A stretch of 32,000 bases of DNA. Source: Desulfocapsa sulfexigens DSM 10523 (GTDB lineage: Bacteria > Desulfobacterota > Desulfobulbia > Desulfobulbales > Desulfocapsaceae). Of this stretch, positions 1 to 8,990 are shown piece after piece. Each line of letters starts with the position of its first letter. The first letter of the stretch is position 1. The stretch is taken from the NCBI RefSeq assembly GCF_000341395.1, contig NC_020304.1, positions 1,560,001 through 1,592,000 of the forward strand, in the 5' to 3' direction. The notes below the pieces were generated by a model that did no database searches, was not told the origin of the DNA, and saw only the letters and a list, made by a program, of their open reading frames with translations. Both the position numbers and the translations under genes were made by a program.

Positions 1-84
1 GTATATTCCACTCTGAAGTAATGTGGTGAACCTGGGAAGTGACCCACTTTCCACGGTGAGGGTGATATGCTTCATTGGCAGTGC

Positions 85-1182
85 TCACATTCGTTGAACA
101 TATTGGTCGTATTTGGCAAAATAGATCTCCGTCAGTGTCAGAAAACCGGTGACTATCAAAGGCCCATAAATAATGCCCAATACCCCGTAAACACTGAGGC
201 CTCCGAGGATAGACAAAAACACCAGCAGAGTATGCATCTGCACCTCATTCCCAACCATCTTGGGTTTTACCAGATATTCGATAGAAAAGGAAAGGGAGAG
301 ATAGAAGAAAAAGATAAAAACACCCTGCCCTACACTGCCGTTCAGCATAAGGATCAGGGCAGTTGGTATCATTACAAGGCCAATGCCGAATATGGGAAGG
401 AAGGCCAGAATGGCCATGATGCCACCCCAGAGAAGAGGCGAACTCAGGCCCATGATGGAAAAAACGACACCTCCCAGTATACCCTGTATCAGGCCGCAGA
501 TACCGTTTCCTTTTAGTATGGCATTAGCAATTTCCTCGAATTTTTCCAGGAGTAACCTGTCCTCATCGTCCGGGAGTGGTGATACGGCAATTATAAATTT
601 GATCAATTTGTCCTGATCGATGAGTAGAAAAAAGATGGTCAGAATCATCATAAAAAAGAGGAAGATAAACTGAAGGATATTTGCCGCCCAGGAGCTCGCC
701 TGGTTGTAAATAAAGAGTCCTGCCATTTTGGCTAGATAGGAAAACATCGAAGTGATCTGGGCTGGTTCAAAACTGAAGCCAAATCCTTTGAGGTAGTCCT
801 GAAACTGGAGAATGAGTGGACTGTCCTGGAGGAAGATCTGAAGTTTCATCCCTACCTGAGTGCTGCGTCCCCAGTGATAAAGGCCTAATGCCTCGCTTGA
901 GAGGGCCCCGACAAAAAAGAGGAGTGGGATGAAAACTATGAATATTATGAGGAGGCAGGTGAATATTGATGCCCCTGTTTCAGGTATTTTTCTGGAGAGT
1001 ATTCGATAGACAGGTCGGAAAATATTAGTGAGCAGAAAGGAGAGCACCAGGATAGACCAGAAGGGCCAGAGGATGTGGCCAAGAAAAAGGATGGAGATAA
1101 GGAAAATAAACAGGAAATACCAGATTCTCATGGAATTGGGCCTGTTTGTCAGTTTTACCGGTGGCGTGGAGTGTTCATTCAT
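85..1182 (-). CDS. AI-2E family (PerM/UPF0118-like) integral membrane transporter
   Basis: 365-aa ORF that is hydrophobic throughout, with multiple predicted TM helices. The charged central loop (LPDDEDRLLLEKFEEI) and the Gly-rich C-terminal helices (GGLSVYGVLGIIYGPLIV) are typical of AI-2E/PerM permeases. The overlapping plus-strand ORFs are antisense artefacts. Confidence 0.8.
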   Translation of the reverse strand: MNEHSTPPVKLTNRPNSMRIWYFLFIFLISILFLGHILWPFWSILVLSFLLTNIFRPVYRILSRKIPETGASIFTCLLIIFIVFIPLLFFVGALSSEALGLYHWGRSTQVGMKLQIFLQDSPLILQFQDYLKGFGFSFEPAQITSMFSYLAKMAGLFIYNQASSWAANILQFIFLFFMMILTIFFLLIDQDKLIKFIIAVSPLPDDEDRLLLEKFEEIANAILKGNGICGLIQGILGGVVFSIMGLSSPLLWGGIMAILAFLPIFGIGLVMIPTALILMLNGSVGQGVFIFFFYLSLSFSIEYLVKPKMVGNEVQMHTLLVFLSILGGLSVYGVLGIIYGPLIVTGFLTLTEIYFAKYDQYVQRM

Positions 1183-1371
1183 TTTATTCTTTTCTCTGTC
1201 GCCTCTCTACTCCTGAAGCAGGAAAATGTTGCAATTTCCACGGAGTTGAGTACTTTTATGTCCTTTCCGGAGAGTACTGTCCAAACAGTATTTTCCGATC
1301 ACCTTACAATTACTATTCACTATATAATGGACTGCGGTTGTTTTAAAGGGAAACCGTAAAAGAGGCACATC

Positions 1372-2454
1372 ATGTGGAAAGATTTAGATATATCGGTGGT
1401 TAGATGCGACTCCGAGAAACGAAAGGATAAGCCGGATCAAAAGAATCTCGGCTTCGGTAAATTTTTCACCGATCACATGTTCCTTATGAAATGGGATCGC
1501 GAAAATGGCTGGCATAATGCTGAAATCTGTCCCTATCAGAATTTCAGCATGGATCCTGCTGCCATGGTTTATCACTACGGTCAGGCGATCTTCGAAGGTT
1601 TAAAAGCCTATAAGGGTGAAAATGACCAGATCTACATGTTTCGCCCTGAAGATAATCTGGAGCGCATGAACAGCTCGGCACTTCGTATGTGTATGCCGCG
1701 TATTCCTGTGGATAAGGTCCTGAAAGGCATTAAGGCTCTTGTCTATCTCGATCGGGACTGGATCCCCAGTGGTGATGGCGCAACACTCTATCTTCGTCCT
1801 ACCATGGTTGCTGTTGAGCCGGCACTTGGTGTCCGGCCCTCCAGTCAATACTATTTCTTCGTCATCATGTCCCCGGTTGGTGCCTACTACGCTGAAGGTT
1901 TTAATCCCACCAAGATCTGGGTGACAGACAAATATGTCCGGGCAGTCAAAGGTGGTGTGGGGCATGTCAAAACCGCGGGTAATTACGCAGCATCAATCAT
2001 GGCGGCAGAAGAAGCACATAGGGCAGGGTATACCCAGGTGCTCTGGCTTGACGCCTGTGAACGTAAGTATATTGAAGAAGTCGGAACCTCAAATATCTTC
2101 TTTAAGATTGGTGAAGATTTGATTACCCCGCCTCTTAACGGATCTATCCTCGGAGGTATCACACGTGATTCCGTTATCCAGCTGGCTAGAAGCTGGGGGG
2201 TGAATGTAATAGAAAAACAGATCACCATAGATGAAGTCTTGGCTGCCATTGAAGATGGTAGTCTGAAGGAGGCTTTTGGTTCCGGCACTGCAGCAGTAAT
2301 TGCCCCCATTGGAGAACTCTGCTACCAGGAGAAGAAGCATGTTGTGGCAGATGGTAAAACCGGCGAGTTGTCTCAGCGCCTCTTCGATGAGTTACAGGCT
2401 ATCCAAAACGGAAGACAGGACGATCCTTTTAAATGGATTGTTCGGGTCGGTTAA
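1372..2454 (+). CDS. ilvE: Branched-chain amino acid aminotransferase (class IV, long ~360-aa form)
   Basis: Full-length 360-aa ORF. It has an AGAGG Shine-Dalgarno (SD) about 8 nt upstream of the ATG and family-typical segments (YHYGQAIFEGLKAY, LYLRPT, GGVGHVKTAGNYAAS, EVGTSNIFF, GITRDSV). Confidence 0.9.
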   Translation: MWKDLDISVVRCDSEKRKDKPDQKNLGFGKFFTDHMFLMKWDRENGWHNAEICPYQNFSMDPAAMVYHYGQAIFEGLKAYKGENDQIYMFRPEDNLERMNSSALRMCMPRIPVDKVLKGIKALVYLDRDWIPSGDGATLYLRPTMVAVEPALGVRPSSQYYFFVIMSPVGAYYAEGFNPTKIWVTDKYVRAVKGGVGHVKTAGNYAASIMAAEEAHRAGYTQVLWLDACERKYIEEVGTSNIFFKIGEDLITPPLNGSILGGITRDSVIQLARSWGVNVIEKQITIDEVLAAIEDGSLKEAFGSGTAAVIAPIGELCYQEKKHVVADGKTGELSQRLFDELQAIQNGRQDDPFKWIVRVG

Positions 2455-2511
2455 CTGTTTTCCTGCCCTCCGCGCGTTCTGCATTAAATAATCACATAGT
2501 TTCAAAAACTT

Positions 2512-2543
2512 GGGGCCGATGCTGTTTTTTTAGTGTTGGCCCC
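2512..2543 (+). terminator. Hairpin downstream of ilvE (GGGGCCGA / TTGGCCCC stem, T7 inside the loop); possible weak terminator
   Basis: GGGGCC at 2512-2517 pairs with GGCCCC at 2538-2543, with 2-3 extra wobble/AU pairs. The T-run lies in the 14-nt loop rather than after the stem, so this is atypical. Confidence 0.3.
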
Positions 2544-2571
2544 TTGATTTTCATAAAAGCAAACCTATAGT
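2544..2571 (+). promoter_or_regulatory. Candidate groESL promoter (TTGATT-16-TATAGT; also readable as a sigma-32-like CTTGATT-14-CCTATAGT)
   Basis: The hexamers sit at 2544-2549 and 2566-2571, about 110 nt upstream of groES. No CIRCE inverted repeat is visible in 2455-2682. Confidence 0.4.
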
Positions 2572-2682
2572 TTTGCGCAGTTTGAAGACAACCGGTAGTA
2601 AACCAATTTATCAAAGCATATAAAAATGGGACTTGGATCTCGAAACCTTATATGCAATCATACGTTCCACAGGAGGAAGTAA

Positions 2683-2973
2683 ATGAAAATTCGTCCATTA
2701 AATGATCGTCTCCTTGTCAAGAGACTCGAAGAAGAAACAATGACAGCAGGTGGTATTATTATTCCAGATAGTGCCAAAGAGAAACCAGCTGAAGGTGAAG
2801 TTATAGCCGTTGGTCCTGGTAAAGTTGCTGACAATGGTGAGCGTATTGCTCTGCAGGTAAAAGAAGGAGATATGGTTCTCTTTTCTAAGTACGGCGGAAC
2901 CGATGTGAAGCTCGATGGTGAGGATTTCCTTATCATGCGTGAAGATGATATTCTTGGAATCGTAGAGAAGTAA
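2683..2973 (+). CDS. groES: Co-chaperonin GroES
   Basis: 96 aa with an AGGAGG SD. The sequence [18 protein letters not shown]...[13 protein letters not shown]...GEVIAVGPG is canonical Hsp10. Confidence 0.97.
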   Translation: MKIRPLNDRLLVKRLEEETMTAGGIIIPDSAKEKPAEGEVIAVGPGKVADNGERIALQVKEGDMVLFSKYGGTDVKLDGEDFLIMREDDILGIVEK

Positions 2974-3011
2974 CGAATACTATCCGTCAATACCCTATAG
3001 AGGAGATTTAA

Positions 3012-4676
<1,665 letters not shown>

Positions 4677-4719
4677 TTCCCCTCTGTTCAGTCCTTTCTG
4701 AACGCTTGAGCAATACAAA

Positions 4720-4753
4720 GAAGGATCTCCTTTACGAGATCCTTCTTTTTTTT
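4720..4753 (+). terminator. Rho-independent terminator of groESL
   Basis: A perfect 10-bp stem (GAAGGATCTC 4720-4729 / GAGATCCTTC 4736-4745) with a 6-nt loop, followed by T8 (4746-4753). Confidence 0.8.
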
Positions 4754-4781
4754 GTTGTCAACTTTTTCATATTGAAAAAAG

Positions 4782-4810
4782 TTGACAGTGAAAGAGGAAT
4801 AAGGTAAATA
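4782..4810 (+). promoter_or_regulatory. Sigma-70 promoter for the tRNA gene (TTGACA-17-TAAATA)
   Basis: A consensus -35 TTGACA at 4782-4787, a 17-nt spacer and a -10 TAAATA at 4805-4810. The mature tRNA 5' end lies 19 nt downstream of the -10. The -35 is embedded in a 14/15-bp palindrome (4756-4787). Confidence 0.55.
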
Positions 4811-4828
4811 TCTTCCTCTTTACATATT

Positions 4829-4905
4829 GGCGATGTAGCTCAGATGGTTAGAGCATACGGCTCATATCCGTAGTGTCCGGGGTTCAATTCCCTGCATCGC
4901 CACCA
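4829..4905 (+). tRNA. tRNA with CAT anticodon: elongator tRNA-Met, or tRNA-Ile2 if C34 is lysidinylated
   Basis: A manual cloverleaf fits 77 nt: acceptor GGCGATG/CATCGCC, D arm GCTC-AGATGGTTA-GAGC, anticodon arm TACGG-CTCATAT-CCGTA, variable loop GTGTC, T arm CGGGG-TTCAATT-CCCTG, discriminator A, encoded CCA. It is not an initiator, because 1-72 is paired (G1-C72) and there is no GGG/CCC run in the anticodon stem. Confidence 0.93.
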
Positions 4906-4915
4906 GAAACACTTG

Positions 4916-4964
4916 ATAACCCGTTAATATTGTCAAATCAATATTAACGGGTTATTTTCGTTTT
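4916..4964 (+). terminator. Rho-independent terminator after the tRNA
   Basis: A perfect 17-bp stem (ATAACCCGTTAATATTG / CAATATTAACGGGTTAT) with a 6-nt loop, then TTTCGTTTT. Confidence 0.8.
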
Positions 4965-5295
4965 GGGCTCTTTTTTGCTCTCCACCAAAGAAAGGGGATG
5001 TCTTACATCCAGCCACCCAAGATAGATCAAATTTCAAGTTTTTTACCCACCCAGAAGTCTTACTCGTAACCGATACTTTCTAAAATTTCTGAAGCCATAT
5101 GCCCTGCGTTGAAATCCTTGAAGTAATAGCTGCTATAATACTCAAAATTCAAAAGTAGACTTGTGACCCCTTGGTCAACCCTGGTAGGCTTCTGTAAAGT
5201 TAACTGAGGAGCTGATATGTCACCACCAGTATACCATTTCTCTTTTATTTGCCCAGTCTTGAAATTTCACTAGCTGTTTGATATACCAATGTTAG

Positions 5296-6273
5296 TTGAG
5301 TGTTGCAGACGCTTGCTCGTATGTTCCTCTATGTGTATTTTTACAAAAGTCGGAAGCCAATGCAGACAAAAAAAACCTGGTGATTCTCTTTGCTGATATT
5401 GTTGGGAGTACCCGTCTTTATGAGAACTTAGGGAATGAAAAAGCACGAGAGCTGACCTCCCATTGTCTTGATCTGGTAAGTGATGTTATTACCGGTAATA
5501 AGGGGACTGTGATTAAGACTATTGGTGACGAGGTGATGTGTGTGTTCTCAGCAATAGATAAAGCAGCTGAGACAGCTATTTTGATCCAGGAAAAAGTTTC
5601 CGTATCGAATGATTATCTTGATGTGCGTTTGCAGATGAAAGTTGGTTTTCATATGGGGGACGTAATTATAGAAAAAGATGATGTTTTTGGTGATGCCGTT
5701 AACGTCGCCGCCCGGATGGTCGCACAGGCAAAAGCAGACCAGATTATTACAACCAGCGAAACTCTGAGAGAACTCCCCCCAGCTTTACGAGCTACCGCAC
5801 GTCAATTGAAAGAAGTTCATATACATGGAAAGGATAAATGCATTCAGCTCTGTGAATTAACTTGGGGAGAGGTGTCCGATCTGACTGTAGTTGGTCGGTT
5901 AAGTGATTTCGGCAATAATTGTGTAACAGAAAGTTGTACAACAATGAATCTATGTTTCCAGGGGGTTGAAATAAAGGTAAGCCAGGAAAATCCACAGGTT
6001 ACTTTTGGTAGAGGAGATACTAATACGGTGGTTGTTGATGGTCTTATGGTTTCTCGCCGGCATGCCCTTGTTGAGTGGCGTTCCAGTGGAGTTTTTTACC
6101 TGGTCGATCAGAGTACAAACGGTATCTATCTACTTGCTGAAGACAAGAAGAAACGTTTTGTTCACAGAGACGAGATACAACTGAAAAATAGTGGTTTTTT
6201 TTGGCTCAGTAAAGAAACCTTTCCAGATTCTTTACAGGCCGTTCGATATACTGAAAAAAGGCAATTAAATTGA
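5296..6273 (+). CDS. Class III adenylate/guanylate cyclase domain fused to a C-terminal FHA domain
   Basis: Cyclase motifs are present: ILFADIVGST, IKTIGDEVMCVF and GDAVNVAARM. The FHA signature is VTFGRGDTNTVVVDGLMVSRRHALVEW...LVDQSTNGIYL. The only in-frame starts before the domain are TTG 5296 (first codon after a stop, no SD) and GTG 5380, so the start is uncertain. Confidence 0.8.
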   Translation: MSVADACSYVPLCVFLQKSEANADKKNLVILFADIVGSTRLYENLGNEKARELTSHCLDLVSDVITGNKGTVIKTIGDEVMCVFSAIDKAAETAILIQEKVSVSNDYLDVRLQMKVGFHMGDVIIEKDDVFGDAVNVAARMVAQAKADQIITTSETLRELPPALRATARQLKEVHIHGKDKCIQLCELTWGEVSDLTVVGRLSDFGNNCVTESCTTMNLCFQGVEIKVSQENPQVTFGRGDTNTVVVDGLMVSRRHALVEWRSSGVFYLVDQSTNGIYLLAEDKKKRFVHRDEIQLKNSGFFWLSKETFPDSLQAVRYTEKRQLN

Positions 6274-6290
6274 TCTGTAGCTGTTTGTAG

Positions 6291-6893
6291 ATGATGTGGA
6301 CGGCATCAACATTATTTGCACTATCTGTTAAAAAAATCAGAAAAACACAGAAACACGATACTATTTTCCTGGGATTTTCAAGTCAATATAGCTTCCTCAA
6401 TCGGAACTGTCGATTCAGTCTTACATTGAATAATAGGGGACCGTACTACGGTTTTTAGTGCAGTGCAGGAGCATTAAACGTGGTGCGTCCCCTATTACTA
6501 CAAAATTTCGTTAAGGCGGGAGAAATTGCCCGGCTGGCTGTGCTCAACAGCTTAGGAGACCTAGCCGCTACTCATTTCCAAGATGTCTTACCTGGAGCTT
6601 TGGAGCACTTTAAGCATGTGATTGTGTTGACTCACATTCCTCCTTTCAAAGAGTCTTGCTGGCATGAAGGGGAAGTCTCAGCTGATGATTGGCTTCCTCA
6701 CTTTTCATGCAAAGCGGTGGGAGATGTGTTGGTGAAATTTATGGAAGGTTTTCCTGATAAGCAGATGACAGTTCTCTGTGGCCATACCCACAGTAGTGGG
6801 GTATGCCAGATTCTAGCAAATTTGCAGGTGAAGACAGGTGGGGCAAAATATGGATCACCAATGATTCAAGAGATTGTGGAGTTGGATAAATAA
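6291..6893 (+). pseudogene. Metallophosphoesterase (calcineurin-like) remnant: only the C-terminal half is retained, with an in-frame TAG
   Basis: ORF 6480-6893 carries the late phosphoesterase motifs (VIVLTHIPPF and LCGHTHSSG) but lacks the N-terminal DxH / GDxxD / GNH[DE] motifs. A 55-codon ORF starting at ATG 6291 is in the same frame and is separated only by TAG 6456-6458. It shows no convincing metal-binding motifs either. Confidence 0.5.
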
Positions 6894-6920
6894 TTGGTGC
6901 ATGAAGGTCACAAGTTCTTT

Positions 6921-6950
6921 CCCGGGGTTCAATTGTGTACATCGAAACTA
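6921..6950 (+). repeat. Degenerate direct copy of the tRNA-Met 3' end (T-arm to acceptor)
   Basis: 6921-6950 matches tRNA positions 4876-4905 at 22 of 30 positions. This includes an exact 13-mer CCGGGGTTCAATT and CATCG at the same offset. The 3' T-stem is destroyed, so it is not a functional tRNA. Confidence 0.5.
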
Positions 6951-7177
6951 ATCGAGTATGAATAACACCAATTTGTATTTCCCCGCTATTCCTAAAAAAT
7001 AATCTGCAATTCCCTGATGATATCGTGATATAATCAGTAAGGATGAGACTGGAAAGTCGTGAAAAGCTTATCACCGCACAATAGCAATACAGAGGTCTCG
7101 TGAGTTTCAACGAATATCTATATGAAAACAATTTGGCCGTCACTACGATCGGCTGAGACACCAGACATGAGCAAAAC

Positions 7178-7768
7178 ATGATACAGGATATTATTAGAAA
7201 GACCCGTACGGTACGCAAGTTTCAGGGGGAAATAAAAATTTCCCAAGAGATCCTGCTGGATCTGGTTGATCTGGCCCGGCTCGGGGGGTCTGCCAGAAAC
7301 CGCCAGCCGCTTTGTTATATGTTGATTACTGCCAGCGAGCAGTGCGAAGAAATATTCCCGTTGCTCGGTTGGGCCGGATATCTGAGTGATTGGCCGGGGC
7401 CAGAAGCAGGAGAACGACCAGTCGCCTACATACTGTGTTTGCTTGACACCAAGCGATGTGAAGAGCCGGAAAATGAAGTGTATATCGATTTGGGCATTGC
7501 CAGCCAGAATATCTTGCTCGGGGCTGCAGAACGGGGGATCTTCGGATGTCGGATCGGGGCTTTCTCAAAAGATGCCATTGGCAGAAGTTTAGATCTGGAA
7601 AATCGTTATAAGCCGTTGCTTGTTTTAGCTCTTGGTTACCCGGCGGAAGAAGTGGTTCTGGAAGAAATGGAACACGATGGTGATATTCGCTATTGGCGTG
7701 ATGGGGATGGTGTACATCACGTACCAAAACGACGGTTGAGCGAAATCGTTTTGGTACCTGGATCCTGA
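7178..7768 (+). CDS. Nitroreductase family protein (FMN-dependent)
   Basis: 196 aa. The N-terminal RKTRTVRKFQGE...LLDLVDLARLGGSARNRQP is the typical nitroreductase-fold opening, and the length is typical. Confidence 0.85.
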   Translation: MIQDIIRKTRTVRKFQGEIKISQEILLDLVDLARLGGSARNRQPLCYMLITASEQCEEIFPLLGWAGYLSDWPGPEAGERPVAYILCLLDTKRCEEPENEVYIDLGIASQNILLGAAERGIFGCRIGAFSKDAIGRSLDLENRYKPLLVLALGYPAEEVVLEEMEHDGDIRYWRDGDGVHHVPKRRLSEIVLVPGS

Positions 7769-8019
7769 TGTTATACCAGGAAACATTTCACAATATTCCT
7801 TCAGACAGAAGAATGGCCTACGGGGTTTTGAAACTTGGAGGCTATGTTCCGGAAGAGATTGCTATCCGACGGGAAATTAATCAGATGGAAGATTTTTTGC
7901 GTAACGGTAGTGATACCAAGGAACGGGTTGTCCGACTGGAGCGAACGTTTGGCAAGAAACTCCAACTTCGGCCTGAATCGCCCTGCTATGACAATGTTGT
8001 TGAGCGATTGCCGAAGTGA
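7768..8019 (+). CDS. Hypothetical small protein (83 aa), translationally coupled to the nitroreductase
   Basis: Its ATG overlaps the nitroreductase TGA (TGATG at 7766-7770). I recognise no family. Support comes from the coupling and the tight gene packing only. Confidence 0.5.
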   Translation: MLYQETFHNIPSDRRMAYGVLKLGGYVPEEIAIRREINQMEDFLRNGSDTKERVVRLERTFGKKLQLRPESPCYDNVVERLPK

Positions 8020-8029
8020 TTACTGAATT

Positions 8030-8230
8030 ATGGCAAAAACACTGATCATCATTGGTCTTATTTTCGTCTTACTTGGTGTTTGCTGGCCATTATTGCAGAA
8101 ATTTAATCTGGGTCGGTTACCCGGTGATTTCGTCTTCAAGTCCTGGGGGTTTAAGTTTTACCTGCCTCTGACTTCCTGCATTGTTATTTCTGTGGTGCTG
8201 TCAATCTTGCTTTGGATTTTCAGGAAGTAA
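8030..8230 (+). CDS. DUF2905 family small membrane protein
   Basis: 66 aa with two TM helices flanking the GRLPGDF motif characteristic of DUF2905. Confidence 0.75.
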   Translation: MAKTLIIIGLIFVLLGVCWPLLQKFNLGRLPGDFVFKSWGFKFYLPLTSCIVISVVLSILLWIFRK

Positions 8231-8349
8231 TCTTCAGGGGCTTCCCAGTTGTTTTTACGCTTGGCTACGTGGGGAAATAGTCGGTAAACCAAGGGGTTGT
8301 CCATAGCTTTTGCTGCTCGACCTAAGAGAAAGGTCAAAGGCAGACTTGA

Positions 8350-8580
8350 CCCCCTTTTTTCTTTGATGAAGTTGTCCAGGCAATTGCTGATGGCTATGCT
8401 GTCAACGATGTGCCACACTGGAATAAGGAAAAATATCCCAATCAGCGAATTCTGACCGTTGTGATCCATAAATATGCCCATTTGGTACCATATGTCATTG
8501 ACGGTGAGAATTATTTTCTGAAAACTATCATTCCAAGCCGTAAGGAACAGAAACGATTACGAGGTGAGGAAAATGACTAA
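8350..8580 (+). pseudogene. BrnT-like (DUF497) toxin remnant lacking an N-terminus and a start codon
   Basis: The open frame after TGA 8347-8349 reads ...NDVPHWNKEKYPNQRILTVVIHKYAHLVPYVIDGENYFLKTIIPSRKEQKRLRGEEND*. The ending resembles the BrnT C-terminus (..IISxRxAxxKERKxY). There is no in-frame ATG (only GTG 8410), and the upstream frames are full of stops. The stop (8578-8580) overlaps the antitoxin start, as in TA operons. Confidence 0.35.
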
Positions 8581-8851
8581 GAAAAAAGAAAAAAACAAAC
8601 TTGATGTCTATGAACAGGAAATATTGGACAGATATGAGTCCGGTAAAATGGAGAAAAGTCCTGTTTCCGAGTCGTTGATTACTGCTGCCCTTGCAACAAT
8701 GCGAAAGAATAAAAATATCAATATCCGTATTTCAGAAAATGACCTTGAATCCATCAAGTTACAGGCCGCAAGGGAGGGGCTGCCTTACCAGACCTTGATA
8801 GGAAGCCTGATCCATAAATATGCTACCGGTTCATTAAAGGAAGTACATTAA
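8573..8851 (+). CDS. CopG/RHH-type antitoxin (BrnA/COG3514-like, PYQT motif family)
   Basis: The N-terminal DVYEQEILDRYESGKM and the C-terminal NINIRISENDLESIKLQAAREGLPYQTLIGSLIHKYATG match the RHH antitoxin family partnered with BrnT. ATG 8573 is preceded by a GAGGTGAGGA SD. The ORF track's GTG 8564 start is less likely. Confidence 0.7.
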   Translation: MTKKKEKNKLDVYEQEILDRYESGKMEKSPVSESLITAALATMRKNKNINIRISENDLESIKLQAAREGLPYQTLIGSLIHKYATGSLKEVH

Positions 8852-8990
8852 CAAAAAGCAAAATAATAGCTAAAGAAATATCTTACGCTTGGCTAACAGA
8901 TATCCATCTTCAACTTTTCAACTCGCTAAAGCGCGTAGTGCAAATTAGACGTATCAATTGAAAACGAATTGAAAAGTAATTTTTTATCTC

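Noticed and set aside
67-1359. Plus-strand ORFs 67-516, 383-616, 1028-1216, 1075-1359 and 1146-1346, overlapping the AI-2E permease gene
   Set aside because: They are antisense or out of frame relative to a long, family-recognisable membrane protein gene. Their translations are low-complexity and lack any motif. These are typical shadow ORFs. The same reasoning applies to the many short ORFs nested in ilvE, groEL, the kinases, eptA, the MCP gene and the GGDEF-EAL gene.
2455-2682. Search for a CIRCE/HrcA operator (TTAGCACTC-N9-GAGTGCTAA) upstream of groES
   Set aside because: No match, or near match, to the CIRCE inverted repeat is visible by eye. Only a sigma-70/sigma-32-like hexamer pair was found.
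6456-6458. In-frame TAG as a possible pyrrolysine codon
   Set aside because: The gene is not a methylamine methyltransferase, no pyl genes are present in the window, and the joined product still lacks essential phosphoesterase motifs. A nonsense mutation in a pseudogene is the simpler reading.
6431-6497. A perfect 11-bp inverted repeat TAATAGGGGAC (6431-6441) / GTCCCCTATTA (6487-6497), bracketing the TAG stop and GTG start of the phosphoesterase remnant
   Set aside because: At this length and spacing, roughly one such pair is expected by chance in 32 kb (my rough estimate). There is no additional support such as a T-run or a second copy elsewhere. It is noted only as a possible RNA hairpin or MITE-end vestige.
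6739-7218. 159-aa minus-strand ORF spanning the intergenic region between the phosphoesterase remnant and the nitroreductase
   Set aside because: It overlaps both neighbouring plus-strand genes at its ends and has no recognisable motif. Its composition is Cys/Ser/Ile-rich and unlike the real genes here. It also runs across the tRNA-like repeat. It is probably spurious.
8158-8481. 107-aa minus-strand ORF between DUF2905 and the antitoxin
   Set aside because: It overlaps the 3' end of the DUF2905 gene by about 70 nt and lies antisense to the BrnT-like frame, which shows family-typical sequence. It has no motif of its own.
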